From an uncultured Acidobacteriota bacterium (GTDB lineage: Bacteria > Acidobacteriota > Terriglobia > Acidiferrales > UBA7541): a stretch of DNA of 64,000 nt. Where the stretch lies: assembly GCA_963745095.1 (NCBI GenBank), contig CAVUWC010000005.1, positions 340,581-404,580 on the forward strand. The letters run 5' to 3'. Each line of letters starts with the position of its first letter. The stretch's first letter is position 1. This document shows, in pieces, positions 26,198 to 35,894 of the stretch. The notes beneath the pieces were generated by a model. That model made no database searches, had not been told where the DNA came from, and was given only the letters and a program-made list of their open reading frames with translations. Position numbers and translations under genes: made by a program.

Positions 26198-29100
26198 TGT
26201 TCGGGCGGAAGATTTCCTGCGCCATTGGCGATTGTACCTGAAGGCATCGTGGACTTGGATGCGCCGTTGGCCGAGCGCTTTGCCTGGCCGTTACCGTTGA
26301 GGACACGGGCCAGATAGCGGCCGGTGTGGGAATTCTGATTGCGGGCCACCTGTTCGGGAGTGCCGGTGGCGATGATCTTGCCGCCTTGGTCGCCGCCTTC
26401 GGGACCGAGGTCAATCAGCCAATCAGCGGATTTGATTACCTCGAGATTGTGTTCGATCACCAGAAGCGAAGCTCCGGACTCGAGAAGCTTGCGAAACGCA
26501 GAGAGTAGTTTCGCGATGTCGTCGAAATGCAGGCCGGTGGTGGGCTCGTCGAGGATATAGAGAATGCCCTGGTTTTCGGTGCGGGCTAAGTGCGCGGCAA
26601 GTTTAAGGCGCTGCGCTTCCCCACCAGAAAGCGTGGTGGCGGATTGACCAAGCCGCAGGTAGCCGAGACCGATTTCATTCAGAATGCGCAGCTTGGAAAC
26701 GACTTTCGGCACGCCAGTGAAAAACGCGAGTGCTTCTCGCGCGGTGAGCTGGAGAACTTCGTGAACATTTTTGCCGCGATAGCGGACATCGAGCACGCTG
26801 GTTTTGAAACGAGTGCCTCGGCACTCTTCGCAGACCAGCTCGACATCCGCGAGAAATTGCATTTCCACCGTGACGGTGCCATCGCCCTGGCACGTCTCAC
26901 AACGCCCGCCGGGCACGTTAAACGAAAAATGGCCGGCCGTAAATCCCCGGCGCTTAGCGTCGGGTGAAGCGGCAAAGACTTCGCGAATCGCGTCGAAAGC
27001 CTTGAGATATGTAGCTGGATTCGAACGCGGAGTACGGCCGATGGGCGACTGATCGACTATAACCACTTCTCGTATGTTCGCATCGCCTTCAAGTCGATCG
27101 CAGAATTCCTTGACACTTCCACCAGTGCGTTTCGCGGCGAGCGCCCGGTAAAGCACGTCGTGAATCAGGGTGGACTTGCCTGACCCGCTGACGCCGGTGA
27201 CCACGGTGAGAGTGCCGAGGGGAAGCGTCAGATCGATATTTTGAAGATTGTGAAGCGTCGCTCCGTAGAGGCGGAGAAATTTGCCGTTGGGTTTGTGGCG
27301 ATTATTAGGAATCGGAATGGTAAGTTCGCCGCTGAGGTAGCGCCCCGTTATGGACTTCTGGTCGGCGAGCATGCCCTCGTACGTGCCCGCGAAGAGGAGT
27401 TTGCCGCCAAGTTCTCCAGCGCCTGGGCCGAGATCGATAACGTGATCCGCTGCGCGAATGGTGTCCGGGTCGTGCTCGACGACCAGAACCGTGTTGCCGA
27501 GGTCGCGCAGTGATTTGAGGATGTCGATGAGGCGCTGCGTATCGCGTGGGTGAAGACCGATGGAAGGCTCATCAAGCACGTACAGCGCGCCGACGAGATG
27601 TGACCCAAGCGACGTCGCGAGTTGGATGCGCTGCGATTCGCCGCCCGAAAGAGTCGAGGTGAGGCGATCGAGCGTAAGGTAGTCGAGGCCCACTTCATCC
27701 AGAAATTGCAGGCGGCTGCGGATCTCTTCGAGGATTTTCTCAGCGACTTTGGCCTGCAATTCGGAAAGTACGAGCGTCGAGAAAAAAGTGCGCGCTTCTT
27801 TCACCGTGAGCTTGGTAATTTCGGTGATCGAGCGGCCGGCTACGCGGACGGCTCGGGCTTCCGAACGCAGGCGCGTGCCACTGCACTCCGGGCAGGTTGC
27901 GTAACCGCGGTAACGGCTCAAAAAAACGCGAACATGCAATTTATATTTCTTGCGCTCGAGCCAGTTAAAGAAGCCCTTCACGCCATCGAAATCGTTTCCA
28001 GGGTCGCCTTCGAGAACCAGGCGGCGCTGCTCGGCGGCGAGTTGGCGCCACGGTACGTTGAGCGGAATACCTCGCCCGCGAGCCCATTTCTTTACGTCCT
28101 GAAGTAGGGCGCGGAAACGCGGCTTCGTCCAGGGTTCGATCGCGCCTTCATCCAGCGACTTGCTGGAATCGGGAACGACAAGATTTAGGTCGAAGTCGAT
28201 GGTGTTGCCGAAACCCTGGCAGCGCGGGCACGCTCCATAAGGATTGTTAAAGGAAAAGAGCCGGGGCTCCGGCTCCTGATAAAGCGTGCCATCTTTTTTG
28301 CATTCGAACCGCTCGTTAAAAGTGAGGCGCTCGGCGCGATTTCCTGCTGAATCGGCAATGAATTCAAGAATGGCCTCGCCGCCGCCTTCGCGATAACAAA
28401 TCTCGATGGAATCGGTGAGTCGCGAGCGCGATTCAGGATTGACAGCGAGGCGATCGACCAAGACGTAGACGGGCTTCGCGAAGTCCACATCAAGAAGCGT
28501 TTCCGGCGACGAAAATTCATGGACGCGCCCGTCTTGATAGAGCCGGTTGAACCCGCGTTTTTGCATGTCGCCAAGGGCTTGCTTGAGCGATTCTTGCGGC
28601 GGCGCGGGAGCTTTTTTCTTCGGGACGCGGCGCGCTCCACCGGTGGCCGCTTGTGGCACTGCGATTCGAAGCGGGTACATGACGTAGAAGCGGCGGCCCG
28701 CCGCGAACGACAAGACGCGTGAGGCGATTCCCTCAGGGCTATCGCGGCGAACTTCCGTTCCGCATTTGATACAAAAGGTTTGTCCGCAGCGCGCAAAGAG
28801 GAGCCGGAGGTAGTCGTAAATCTCCGTCGATGTAGCAACCGTCGAGCGCGGATTGCGCGTGGAATTTTTCTGACGAATGGCAACGGCAGGCGCGATCCCT
28901 GAGATTTCGTCTACGTCAGGCTTCTCCATTCGCTCAAGGAACTGGCGCGCATAGGACGAGAGAGATTCGACGTACCGCCGCTGCCCTTCGGCATACACGG
29001 TATCAAAAGCAAGCGAAGACTTCCCTGAGCCGCTGACGCCAGTGACCACAGTGATGGCATTGTGAGGAATTTCGACGGTGATGTTGCGCAAATTATGAAC

Positions 29101-29241
29101 GCGGGCGCCGCGGACGCGGATAGCCTCTTGTTCGCTCAGCACGGGCGTGAGTTCTTTGGTCGCCAAGGGTAAGCCTGCACAGTGCGCTCGGAGAGCACTG
29201 CTCAAACTTCCGATTATACGACTAGGGGAAAATGGGAGCAA
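26194..29241 (-). CDS. uvrA: Excinuclease ABC subunit A (UvrA)
   Basis: 1015-aa ORF with two ABC ATPase modules (Walker A motifs GVSGSGKSSLAFDT and GVSGSGKSTLIHDV) and zinc modules (CPRCQGFG, CPECSGTR, CETCQGDG). The start is uncertain: 29241 is a TTG, with alternatives at TTG 29166 and GTG 29145. Confidence 0.95.
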   Translation of the reverse strand: MLPFSPSRIIGSLSSALRAHCAGLPLATKELTPVLSEQEAIRVRGARVHNLRNITVEIPHNAITVVTGVSGSGKSSLAFDTVYAEGQRRYVESLSSYARQFLERMEKPDVDEISGIAPAVAIRQKNSTRNPRSTVATSTEIYDYLRLLFARCGQTFCIKCGTEVRRDSPEGIASRVLSFAAGRRFYVMYPLRIAVPQAATGGARRVPKKKAPAPPQESLKQALGDMQKRGFNRLYQDGRVHEFSSPETLLDVDFAKPVYVLVDRLAVNPESRSRLTDSIEICYREGGGEAILEFIADSAGNRAERLTFNERFECKKDGTLYQEPEPRLFSFNNPYGACPRCQGFGNTIDFDLNLVVPDSSKSLDEGAIEPWTKPRFRALLQDVKKWARGRGIPLNVPWRQLAAEQRRLVLEGDPGNDFDGVKGFFNWLERKKYKLHVRVFLSRYRGYATCPECSGTRLRSEARAVRVAGRSITEITKLTVKEARTFFSTLVLSELQAKVAEKILEEIRSRLQFLDEVGLDYLTLDRLTSTLSGGESQRIQLATSLGSHLVGALYVLDEPSIGLHPRDTQRLIDILKSLRDLGNTVLVVEHDPDTIRAADHVIDLGPGAGELGGKLLFAGTYEGMLADQKSITGRYLSGELTIPIPNNRHKPNGKFLRLYGATLHNLQNIDLTLPLGTLTVVTGVSGSGKSTLIHDVLYRALAAKRTGGSVKEFCDRLEGDANIREVVIVDQSPIGRTPRSNPATYLKAFDAIREVFAASPDAKRRGFTAGHFSFNVPGGRCETCQGDGTVTVEMQFLADVELVCEECRGTRFKTSVLDVRYRGKNVHEVLQLTAREALAFFTGVPKVVSKLRILNEIGLGYLRLGQSATTLSGGEAQRLKLAAHLARTENQGILYILDEPTTGLHFDDIAKLLSAFRKLLESGASLLVIEHNLEVIKSADWLIDLGPEGGDQGGKIIATGTPEQVARNQNSHTGRYLARVLNGNGQAKRSANGASKSTMPSGTIANGAGNLPPEQ

Positions 29242-29309
29242 ACGCCGCGTGCGACCTCAAAACCAGCGCTCTACAGAACTCTAGAGAGGACGGCATTCTC
29301 GTACGCAAA

Positions 29310-31031
29310 TCATGGCTTTGCGGATTGCCCGGCTTCTTTGGCCTTGCGAGCACGATCGATCTTGTCACGCAGGGATTTATTCGAAGGCTCGGCATCCAAA
29401 CCGAGTTGATACTCCTTGATGGCGTTGTCGAATTCACCGTTTTCGAAGTACAGATCGCCAAGAGAACTTGTAGCGCTCACTTTTTTGGAGCGTGCCGCTT
29501 TTTCTTCCGCGCTCAACGACGACACGGAGTCGCCACCCGCCCCCTTTGGTTGGGAGGCTGTCGCTGCGGGTTGCGATGTTCCAGACGGAGCGCTGGCTGG
29601 CTGCTCACCGCTCGCTCCAACGCCGGTGGGCGAGATTTGTGGGGAGGCCGGTTGCGTACCGCCGGGCTGCTCGCCGGCCGTAACGCTCCCCGTGTTCTGA
29701 ACAGGAGCGTTTTGCCTTCCGTCGCTAGAAGAACGATGGAAGTAATACCAGCCGGCACCGGCCACGAGTAAGAAAATACCTATCCGAATCAGGACGGCCG
29801 CGCGCGACGGAGAACTTTCGTTCCTCGGCACGGGAGCATTCGCGGCCGAGCTTGATGCAGGCGCTGGATCAATTGCCGATAAAGGCGAAACTGGCGCAGC
29901 AGGAACCGCAGGCACCCGATTTGGTTCCGTTCCAACGTAAGTGGGACTGGCCGGTTCACTTCCGAACGTGGTCGCGCTCGGAACGTGAGCCGTACGCGGG
30001 AATCGTGCGGGCGTGTCGGCAACAGTCGTGCTCTCTGAAAAATTCTGGCTGGATGGCGAGTGCGACGCAGCCGCCTGCGCTTTTTCGCAAAGCTCCAATT
30101 CTTCGATCAGTTCCCTGCCCGATTGGGGACGGCGTGCCGGATCCTTCTCGAGACATTTCATCACCACCGTACCTACAGCGTCGGAAATTCTAAGGCCAGG
30201 CCGTGCCTGCTGGATCGGTGTGGGAGGCGTCTGAATTTGCGCGAACAGCATGTCGAGAGGAGTGTCGCCCTTCAGCGGAAGAATTCCCGTCAACATCTGA
30301 TACATCACCACGCCGAGCGAGTAGATATCGGAGCGCCCATCGATTCCCTCACTGTCCGCGCCTCTCGCTTGTTCCGGAGACATGTAGGGCGGAGTGCCAA
30401 TGACCATGCCCGTTGCAGTAAGCGACATGCCGGTAGCATTCGTGTTCGCACCCCGGATTTTTGCAATTCCGAAGTCGAGAACCTTGGCAACCTCCTGGCC
30501 ATTCGAGACAACCAGCACAATATTGTCCGGTTTAATGTCGCGATGAATCAACCCCAGTTGATGCGCCGCATCGAGTGCAGCGGCGGCCTGTTTTATGATC
30601 GAGCAAGCTCGCGCCACTGGCAAAGGGCCCGCCGCGGTCATGAGACTCTTCAAGCTCTGCCCCTCGATGTACTCCATCACGATAAACGGGCGGCCGTCTT
30701 CCGTTTCGTCAAAATCCTCAACCTTCACTGCATTTATATGCCGCAACTTGCGCGCGATGATCGCTTCACGGCCGAACCGTTTGACGAGTCCGGCATCATT
30801 CGCCAAGTTCGGCGCCATCACTTTCAGCGCGCAGGCTTCGTTGAAGTGCATGTGCATCGCTTTGTAGACGGCGCCCATGCCGCCTTCGCCGATTTTTGCC
30901 ACGATGCGATATTTGCCCCGGATGACCGTTCCTTCCGACCATTCCAGAGGTTCCGTAAGGCGCGCACCATCCTGCGGGCAGACTACAAAGGAAGTTGGAT
31001 AGCTGCGCTGGCAATCGGGGCAAATCTTCAT
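29310..31031 (-). CDS. Ser/Thr protein kinase with N-terminal zinc-ribbon, TM segment and C-terminal TPR
   Basis: ORF trimmed to the ATG at 31031 (MKICPDCQRSYPTSFVVCPQDGARL). Kinase motifs are present (HRDIKPDNIV, DFGIAK, MSPEQ), followed by a low-complexity linker, a TM helix and a terminal TPR-like unit. Confidence 0.9.
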   Translation of the reverse strand: MKICPDCQRSYPTSFVVCPQDGARLTEPLEWSEGTVIRGKYRIVAKIGEGGMGAVYKAMHMHFNEACALKVMAPNLANDAGLVKRFGREAIIARKLRHINAVKVEDFDETEDGRPFIVMEYIEGQSLKSLMTAAGPLPVARACSIIKQAAAALDAAHQLGLIHRDIKPDNIVLVVSNGQEVAKVLDFGIAKIRGANTNATGMSLTATGMVIGTPPYMSPEQARGADSEGIDGRSDIYSLGVVMYQMLTGILPLKGDTPLDMLFAQIQTPPTPIQQARPGLRISDAVGTVVMKCLEKDPARRPQSGRELIEELELCEKAQAAASHSPSSQNFSESTTVADTPARFPRTAHVPSATTFGSEPASPTYVGTEPNRVPAVPAAPVSPLSAIDPAPASSSAANAPVPRNESSPSRAAVLIRIGIFLLVAGAGWYYFHRSSSDGRQNAPVQNTGSVTAGEQPGGTQPASPQISPTGVGASGEQPASAPSGTSQPAATASQPKGAGGDSVSSLSAEEKAARSKKVSATSSLGDLYFENGEFDNAIKEYQLGLDAEPSNKSLRDKIDRARKAKEAGQSAKP

Positions 31032-31324
31032 GGCCGGGACTGATCCTGTGCAACGACAATTTTCGACGAGCGAGAATTGTACACCTGAGATGCCGCGCCA
31101 AAACAGAGCGATCGCAATAGCAGGTACCGAAACTGCCGATAGTTTCAGAAGTTGCGTCTGATCGAAATTCGAACGATAAAGCGATGGGCAATCCGACTTA
31201 TTCCACGCTATGCTTTTTGCGAAATCCAGACCATAAGAACACGCCCACACCGAACAGAAGAAGTGAGAAAATGCGGCGTGTACGGTGCCTTTTGCCGGTG
31301 CAATTTCAATAGGAGTCCCCAGCG

Positions 31325-32053
31325 ATGAGCTTGAGAAAAAGCATAGCGATCCTGCTGCTAGTAGCCGCCATGGCCACGCTTGGATGGGCGCAGGACCAGA
31401 AGGCGCTGACCAATAAAGACGTGATGGACATGGTAAAAAAAGGTCTGAGCGATTCCGTCATCGTGAAAGTAATTCAGGCGAGCGACACCAATTTTGATAC
31501 CTCTCCGGACGCTATGACGCAGATGCAGAGCGGCGGAGCCACCGTAAAAGTCATGGGCGCGATGTTGAAGGCGCAGACCAACAAGAAGAAGGCTGAGGCA
31601 GCCGCACCGCCAGCGGTCCCTGCACCCGCCCCCGCAAGTGCGACACCGGCCGATCCAAATGCCGGGAAATATCTTCTAAAGGAAGGAACCCAAGTGCCGC
31701 TGAAATTTGCGGCAGATGTCAGCTCAAGATACGCAACACCAGGCGACAAAGTGGAACTTACGTTAGTCAGTGACATCACAGTTGGTGACGTGGTGGTCGT
31801 CAAACAGGGCGCAAAAGCCTTTGTCGTGGTGACCAATGCAAAGAAAGCCGGAATGTTGCCAGGCAGCGTTGGTGAGCTGAGCCTCCATATGGAACATATG
31901 ACCAGCGAAGGAAACCGCATCCGGCTGCGCGGGGCGAAAGGCAGCGTGCTCGGGGCCGTCGGGAAAATGAAGCACGGAAACGTCGAAGTGGATGAAGGAA
32001 CCCCGTTGATGGGCTACGTTGACGAAGAGATTTGGCTTCCGCCCGCGAAATAA
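31325..32053 (+). CDS. Secreted hypothetical protein
   Basis: 242 aa with a signal peptide (MSLRKSIAILLLVAAMATLGWAQ), an Ala/Pro linker and a beta-rich C-terminal domain. I recognise no family. Confidence 0.55.
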   Translation: MSLRKSIAILLLVAAMATLGWAQDQKALTNKDVMDMVKKGLSDSVIVKVIQASDTNFDTSPDAMTQMQSGGATVKVMGAMLKAQTNKKKAEAAAPPAVPAPAPASATPADPNAGKYLLKEGTQVPLKFAADVSSRYATPGDKVELTLVSDITVGDVVVVKQGAKAFVVVTNAKKAGMLPGSVGELSLHMEHMTSEGNRIRLRGAKGSVLGAVGKMKHGNVEVDEGTPLMGYVDEEIWLPPAK

Positions 32054-32101
32054 ACTTCACCACAAAACAGATCCACTCCGCATTGCGCCCGCTCACCGAC
32101 C

Positions 32102-33067
32102 TTACTGCTCCTGAGTAAGCGTGATCGTCCCGACGCCGCCCGACACCTTGACGTGCACCGTTACGGGAGACTTGCCGTAGAGCTCATTGGTGTACTCGTC
32201 GCCGTCATGCTTGAGGCCATGCGCGCTAATCGTGCCCAGTCCACCCGACGCGTTCACGATCACGCCGACGTTTCTCGGCAAGCGAATGTTGGCTTGCCCG
32301 ACGCCGCCCTCAATATCGGCAGTGAGATCGTTTTTGCGATCACCCGTTAAATCCACGTCGACTTGTCCCGCGCCCATATCCAGATTGAGCCGGGTCACAT
32401 CGATGTCTCGCAGCCGCAGATTGCCGCGGCCTGCGCCCATGTTGATTTTTATTTCCAGCGGAATGTCGTTGGCGAAATGCAGCGTCCAGTGATTATCCGT
32501 GGTCGTGCGTATATGACTCTCGGAATCGTCTTGCGAGATGCGCAGGTCGCCGACCGTCCCTGAGACGGAATAATCTACTCTGGGCGAGCCGGAAGAAGAC
32601 CGATACTCAAAATCAGACTCAAGCAGATGGCTTGAGCCGCCGCTCAAGTTGAGCTCACCTGCGCCCATATCCAGACTCGCGCGGACCGTCTTGGCGTCTT
32701 GCAGGTCGACGGTGTGCGATTGATGTTGCATCGCGTAGACCGTGCCTCCGCGCCAACGGTTGAATCTCCGCCCATGCGAGAGCAGCACCACCAACACAAT
32801 CACCAATGCGATCGCGGCAATCGTACCTCCCACGGAGGTGCTCAATTGCGATTCCGGATGATTGCGGCGCTGCCAACTGTCAAAAATCTTCCCTAGCCCA
32901 ACGAAGATGAGAATCAGTGGCCAATAATTCAGAAAAAAGGGCCATGCATCAAACTCTGGATGCCAGTTCGCGTAGAGAAAGATCCCGCCGATCGCAATCA
33001 GGATGATGGGACCGAATAGAGACACACGCCGAGGAGCGCCTTCTTGAGCCATCACACACCTCTTCAA
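32102..33067 (-). CDS. LiaF-like membrane protein with C-terminal toastrack (DUF4097/DUF2154-like) domain
   Basis: 321 aa. N-terminal TM helices (LFGPIILIAIGGIFLYANW...WPLILIFVGLGKIF) are followed by a repetitive beta-solenoid-like region with recurrent MGAG..L motifs (LDMGAGELNLSGG, INMGAGRGNLRL, LDMGAGQVDVDL). Confidence 0.6.
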   Translation of the reverse strand: MKRCVMAQEGAPRRVSLFGPIILIAIGGIFLYANWHPEFDAWPFFLNYWPLILIFVGLGKIFDSWQRRNHPESQLSTSVGGTIAAIALVIVLVVLLSHGRRFNRWRGGTVYAMQHQSHTVDLQDAKTVRASLDMGAGELNLSGGSSHLLESDFEYRSSSGSPRVDYSVSGTVGDLRISQDDSESHIRTTTDNHWTLHFANDIPLEIKINMGAGRGNLRLRDIDVTRLNLDMGAGQVDVDLTGDRKNDLTADIEGGVGQANIRLPRNVGVIVNASGGLGTISAHGLKHDGDEYTNELYGKSPVTVHVKVSGGVGTITLTQEQ

Positions 33068-33281
33068 CCTGTACTACGCACAAATTCAGAAAAAAGTTCA
33101 GCAATTGAGAAATAAACTGTCGGTTGTGAACAATACTGTCCCTTCCTGGGATGGTCAACGACCGAAGCGATTCATCCAGCTGCATAAGCGGCCTCTACGC
33201 TTGTGCTAGAGTTCGGCGAACAACCAAGCCCTACAACGAAGGATAGGACCGATCTTCTACAAGCCAGTACAAGGAACTGCG

Positions 33282-34481
33282 ATGGCAAATTTTGAAAGAG
33301 TCATCTGGATTGTTTTGGATAGCGTAGGTATCGGCGAGTTGCCCGATGCGGCGGACTACGGCGATGTCGGCCGCACTACGCTCGGACACATCGCCGAATC
33401 GCGGCCGCTGCTGTTGCCAAACCTGCAGACGCTTGGGCTAGCAAATATTGCGCCTCTCGCGCATCTGGCTCCCGCTGCATCGCCGATTGGCGCATATGGC
33501 AAGGGCGCAACGCACTCCCCAGGCAAAGATACGACCACCGGCCACTGGGAGATGGCAGGAGTTTGGCTGGATCAGGCATTCCCTACATATCCGCACGGCT
33601 TCCCACAAGAATTGATCGCGGAATTTGAAAAGCAGATTGGGCGAGGAACACTCGGAAACAAGCCCGCATCGGGCACGGAAATTATCAAGGAACTCGGCGA
33701 AGAGCATGTGCGCACTGGCAAGCCGATCGTTTACACCTCGGGCGACAGCGTCTTTCAGATTGCCGCGCACGAAGATGTGATTCCGATCGCTGAGCTTTAT
33801 CGCATGTGTAAAATCGCGCGGAAATTGCTCGATGGCCCAAATCGCGTGGGGAGAGTGATCGCGCGTCCCTTTGCCGGCGCCGTTGGACATTTTGCGCGTA
33901 CGACCCGGCGGCACGATTACGCGGTCGATCCGCCGAAGCCCATGCTGTTGGACGTGCTGGCAGACAGCGGCGTCTCTGTGTTTGGTATTGGAAAGATTCA
34001 TGACATCTATAACGGCCGCGGCGTGCAGAAATACGTCACGACAACGGGCAATGCGGACGGAATGGCGAAGCTGACCACAGCCCTGCTGGAACAGAAGGAC
34101 GGCCTGATTTTTTGCAACCTCGTCGATTTCGACATGCTCTACGGACACCGCAAAGATGTGGAAGGATTCGCGGAGTCGCTCGAAGAGTTCGACCGAGTGC
34201 TGGGACCATTTATGAAATTGATGAGCGCTTCGGATCTGCTGATCATCACGGCGGACCACGGGTGCGACCCCGATACCCGCTGGCCGACAACTGATCACTC
34301 CCGCGAATACGTCCCGATTTTGGCGTATTCGCCGGGATCCGCAGCAGGCGTGAACCTCGGCATCCGCCAAACTTTGGCGGACATGGGCCAGACTATCGCC
34401 CAGAATTTTGGAACGGAGATTCCTCACGGGAAAAGCTTCCTGGCCGAGATCAGCCACGACAACGGAGCTTCTGCAAGCTGA
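33282..34481 (+). CDS. deoB: Phosphopentomutase (DeoB)
   Basis: 399 aa with an N-terminal metal-site motif ([13 protein letters not shown]) and a C-terminal ITADHGCDP motif typical of the alkaline-phosphatase-superfamily phosphopentomutases. Confidence 0.92.
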   Translation: MANFERVIWIVLDSVGIGELPDAADYGDVGRTTLGHIAESRPLLLPNLQTLGLANIAPLAHLAPAASPIGAYGKGATHSPGKDTTTGHWEMAGVWLDQAFPTYPHGFPQELIAEFEKQIGRGTLGNKPASGTEIIKELGEEHVRTGKPIVYTSGDSVFQIAAHEDVIPIAELYRMCKIARKLLDGPNRVGRVIARPFAGAVGHFARTTRRHDYAVDPPKPMLLDVLADSGVSVFGIGKIHDIYNGRGVQKYVTTTGNADGMAKLTTALLEQKDGLIFCNLVDFDMLYGHRKDVEGFAESLEEFDRVLGPFMKLMSASDLLIITADHGCDPDTRWPTTDHSREYVPILAYSPGSAAGVNLGIRQTLADMGQTIAQNFGTEIPHGKSFLAEISHDNGASAS

Positions 34482-34518
34482 GAGATTTCAGCTCGACCGT
34501 AGGCGCATCAGCTGACAC

Positions 34519-34541
34519 GTAGTGGCGCGGCATGCTTACCC
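34519..34541 (+). repeat. Degenerate REP-like element, class C
   Basis: GTAGTGGCGCGGCATGCTTACCC compared with the class C consensus GTAGTGGCGCAGCATGCTGCGCC. The distal stem arm has decayed. It is intergenic, downstream of deoB. Confidence 0.4.
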
Positions 34542-34787
34542 TGCTTGCCTTGAGCAACGAAGGGAGCCTCGAAGGGCTGTGCCCACCCGATCAGGCATCG
34601 CTCCTGGAGCCGACCGAGGTTGTAATTTTAAGTTCCGCCCGGACGTACTAATAGACGAGCTGACTGACCGGGATTGGGTGCGAAACTACCTATTTTCTTT
34701 AGCTTAGCGCATCATGACTTCCTAACGTGGTAGGTGCCAAACTAACAGCGCAGAGTGGAAGTGGTCTCTCGCGGAGGGAGCAACGGT

Positions 34788-35750
34788 ATGGATATGTTCA
34801 GAAAAGGCGGCGATGCCGAGTTCGAAATGAAAAGAGCCGCTCCGTTTTTGAAGTTGGGTGTTGTTGCGATTGGCGTGATTCTCGTGTTGCTGGTCATGGG
34901 GCTGTTCCTACTTCGCGTGACGCGGATTGAACCAGGACACGTCGGTGTTCAAATCAATCTGGCGGGAAACCAGCGCGGCGCGTCTGAGATTCCGGTACGC
35001 ACGGGCTGGGTAGTCTATTCTCCACTCAGCACGGAGATCATCGAGTTCCCCACCTACGTGCAAACCGTGAAATGGACTAAGGACACCAACGAGGGGCATC
35101 CCATCAACGAAGAGATGGGCTTCAACTCCAAGGAAGGCATGGAAATTTATGTGGACGTTTCGCTGTCTTACGCGATCGAGCCCTCGAAAGTCCCGGATTT
35201 CTACGTGAAGTATCGCGTCTCAGACATGGATACCTTCACGCACGGCATCCTGCGCGATGTGGTACGCAATTCGCTGAACGAAGTAGCGTCCACCTACGCG
35301 GTGGAAGACATCTATGGGGAGAAAAAAGCGGAGTTTCTGCGCAAGGTACAGTCGCAAATCGAGCAAAAAATGGCGCCGGTAGGTGTGAGCGTGCAGCAGT
35401 TCGGCTTCATCGGAGCTCCCCGCGTGCCGTCCGTGATCGCGGCCGCGATAACCGCAAAGGCGCAAGCCATTCAAAAGTCTGAGCAAGCCAGAAACGAACT
35501 GGCGACAACGCAAGCCGAAGCCGCAAAAAAAATCGCGGAAGCAGAAGGCGATGCCAAATCGCTGGTAACGCGTGCGCAAGGCGAAGCCGATGCCAATCGC
35601 ATCCGTCAGAATTCGCTAACGCCGCAGCTCCTGGAATTACGGCGCATCGAAAACAGCCGCGCGCTGATCGACAAATGGAACGGTCAGCTGCCCACAGTCG
35701 AAGCAGGTCAAGGCAGCGGGATGATCCTGCAGCTTCCAAAGCCACAATAG
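34788..35750 (+). CDS. SPFH/band-7 (prohibitin-like) domain membrane protein
   Basis: ORF trimmed to the ATG at 34788, preceded by GGAGGGA 7 nt upstream. It has an N-terminal TM helix, an SPFH-like core and a C-terminal Ala/Glu-rich coiled coil (AQAIQKSEQARNELATTQAEAAKKIAEAEGDAKS). Confidence 0.82.
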   Translation: MDMFRKGGDAEFEMKRAAPFLKLGVVAIGVILVLLVMGLFLLRVTRIEPGHVGVQINLAGNQRGASEIPVRTGWVVYSPLSTEIIEFPTYVQTVKWTKDTNEGHPINEEMGFNSKEGMEIYVDVSLSYAIEPSKVPDFYVKYRVSDMDTFTHGILRDVVRNSLNEVASTYAVEDIYGEKKAEFLRKVQSQIEQKMAPVGVSVQQFGFIGAPRVPSVIAAAITAKAQAIQKSEQARNELATTQAEAAKKIAEAEGDAKSLVTRAQGEADANRIRQNSLTPQLLELRRIENSRALIDKWNGQLPTVEAGQGSGMILQLPKPQ

Positions 35751-35765
35751 CCAAAGCGCGGGATC

Positions 35766-35791
35766 ACCCGATAAACACACCCATATCGGGT
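35766..35791. terminator. Stem-loop in convergent intergenic region
   Basis: ACCCGATA-aacacaccca-TATCGGGT forms an 8-bp stem 16 nt after the SPFH gene's stop. A second small hairpin, GTCGCC-aac-GGCGAC, lies further on. Confidence 0.35.
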
Positions 35792-35894
35792 TAATGATCC
35801 GGCTGGTCCCGCGATCCACCACACACACAGAATGTACCGTCGCCAACGGCGACAGCAGGGGCAAATCTGTCTAAGTTCTCGCAGCGCGCTTCAA

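Noticed and set aside
29242-29309. LexA/SOS box upstream of uvrA (also checked 21218-21395 upstream of uvrC)
   Set aside because: I looked for CTGT-N8-ACAG, GAAC-N4-GTTC and GTTC-N7-GTTC types on both strands. None is present; only a CTCTAGAG palindrome is, which matches no LexA box I know of.
34522-34707. 61-aa ORF downstream of deoB (also 26088-26300 and 60259-60474)
   Set aside because: Each begins in or runs through a REP-like palindrome, giving the typical VARHAYPA or GTACRAPT type peptides. They lack ribosome-binding sites, so they are translation artefacts of repeat DNA.
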